Positions 62,326 to 64,000 of a stretch of DNA of 64,000 bases are shown here, piece by piece. The position numbers and the translations under genes were made by a program. The number at the start of each line of letters is the position of its first letter. Positions within the stretch are counted from its first letter, which is position 1. The notes beneath the pieces are model-generated. The model saw nothing but the letters and a program-made list of their open reading frames with translations, was not told where the DNA came from and made no database searches. This stretch comes from Amphiscolops sp. MND2022 (lineage: Eukaryota), in assembly GCA_964187785.1 (NCBI GenBank), contig OZ076409.1, forward strand, positions 48,982,001-49,046,000. The letters are read 5' to 3'.

Positions 62326-64000
62326 CCAAATCCCCGTCGGAGAGATATCAGAGTGTTCATAACTGATCAGGGTGTTGTAATCTTGCAGAGCGGATTTTAC
62401 CCCATAACGATATGAATGATCACTCGATATCTCAAACACGTTTTTCAACAAACATGTTGTTAGTTGGCGCTTTTCTTTTAAGGAAATGATCCCGACTATT
62501 ACAGTCACCAGTTTTGTTCTCAGTCTCACTCTGAATGGTCCACTTTTTGTGCACTGGCACTGTGGCACTGTGCCTTTTTACCATAAGTACTTAGTACTTG
62601 ATTTTGAACGCATCCAAAGCCTCTTGCAAAATCATTCCAAAGCAGAAGGGTTCCCCTTTCCACTTTTTTCGGCTCTATGAGAGTTTCCCTGCTTTTTTAA
62701 GCTTTGCAAGACATTTTCCTCGAACCTCGAAAATGTTTGCCTCCAAAAGGTCTCTGAAGTGTCCCTCTTCAATTTTTTGGTATTTTGCTACAGAACGGAT
62801 GTTAAAAAATCCAAAAAGATTTTTTTATAATCTTTGGAACTATGAAAGTGTTCGAAATTCTCACTTTTCTCTGATATCAGGTATCCTCAATTTATATCCA
62901 CCAATAATTATTTTCAATACTATCCGGATTTTCGAGGTGGAGGTTCAAAAATGGAGCTACATGAAAATATGTACAATGTAATTTTGTCGCATGGGAGTTT
63001 CGGCAAGAGTTTCAGAAACTCATAGCGAAAATTGTTGAAGAACATCTGGAAAATTCTAGCATCATTTACAAATCCTTGCAAGGCAGAATGTGGAAAACCA
63101 CTTGCTTTTTAACTGTTCTACTTCGATTTACAGACAAGCATTGTCTAGTTCTCAGATCTGGACATTCTGTTTTTGAATTTTCGTTTTGTTTTGTCAAGGA
63201 AATGAGACTGAAGGGAGCTCAATTTTTTCTCAAGATATCTTGTTTTGAGTGTACAAAAAATATTGCAGAACAACTGTGCCTCCTATTATTTTTCATTTCC
63301 TTATGAAACTAAAAATTTTAGTTTTTGCCTCGGAAAGTTTTTCTTTCCCCTTAATTTCTGCTATAACGTCTAAACCTTCACTTTCACTCAATTTGAACAC
63401 TGCCCCTTGGCCAAGGTATTAAATCAAATTTCCGTACAAGGTGAATGTGTTTCTCTGGGTGTGTGGGTTCGAGTCCTGTGCTGAAAGAAAAACTTTTATG
63501 CTCCCAAAATAAATGAAATACCAATAAATGAAAGTTTTTCAAAGGTAACGCTTTCGGTACAAAATAGTGCCAAAAAACTCTGAGGTGGCCTCTATGCTCT
63601 CAAAACGCTTTCTCCTTAAGGGCTTCGGTTTTTAAAGGGGGCTTCGGCTTTTGAAAAATCAGAATAAAAGTTGCTGAAGAAACCCCAGGGGGGGACTTTT
63701 GGTCTTTCCGCAAGCTTTCCCAGCAATTAAATGGTTGGTTCAGTGCAGGACTCGGACCCATGTAGTGTAACGTCCGGCAGTCGGCGTTGCTGAAGTTTTT
63801 GAAAATTTCGATCAAAAATTCGAAATGTGCGGCATCAAACAAGCACATTCAAGATGCCGACCCGGCAGGTACAAAAACCGAAGAGGAAGCGAAAAAAGAC
63901 AGAACGGAGCCAGACTCAGCCCGAGAGACAGACCTCGCTGTCCCTGACACCCGAAATAACCCAGAAGAGGCTAAAGAGAACAAAACCACGGGTTGTGTCA

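Overview
AT-rich animal (metazoan) genomic DNA made mostly of transposable elements. The first 35.6 kb holds two large, young, minus-strand Ty3/Gypsy LTR retrotransposons. Element A runs <1..18683 (LTR 2167 bp, ~19 kb in total, 3' LTR cut by the window edge). Element B runs 19819..35567 (LTR ~1.49 kb). Both have gag (2 CCHC knuckles), a -1 frameshift site and pol (PR-RT-RNaseH-IN). Between pol and the 3' LTR, both carry a homologous ~1050-aa ANTISENSE gene with spliceosomal introns. Three intron positions and phases are shared, and one exon is exactly 486 nt in both. The protein has a CX2CX16HX5H zinc finger and looks like a catalytically dead hAT-transposase derivative (by-eye inference). Each element is also studded, in its non-coding parts, with its own bipartite direct-repeat motif: GATG-N7-GATG (>40 copies) in A, and CGYAT-N5-CGYAT in 33-nt repeats in B. 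Together these suggest an element-specific DNA-binding factor plus cognate sites, possibly for anti-silencing or autoregulation. Element B also has a sense ORF3 with a SIM-like motif. In three related elements gag starts inside the 5' LTR and reads through the PBS. The rest of the window holds exons of a host TRPM-like channel gene, two decayed Gypsy elements, Bel/Pao, Tc1-like and LINE fragments, and several MITE, foldback and HINE-like insertions. All homology calls are by eye; no searches were run.
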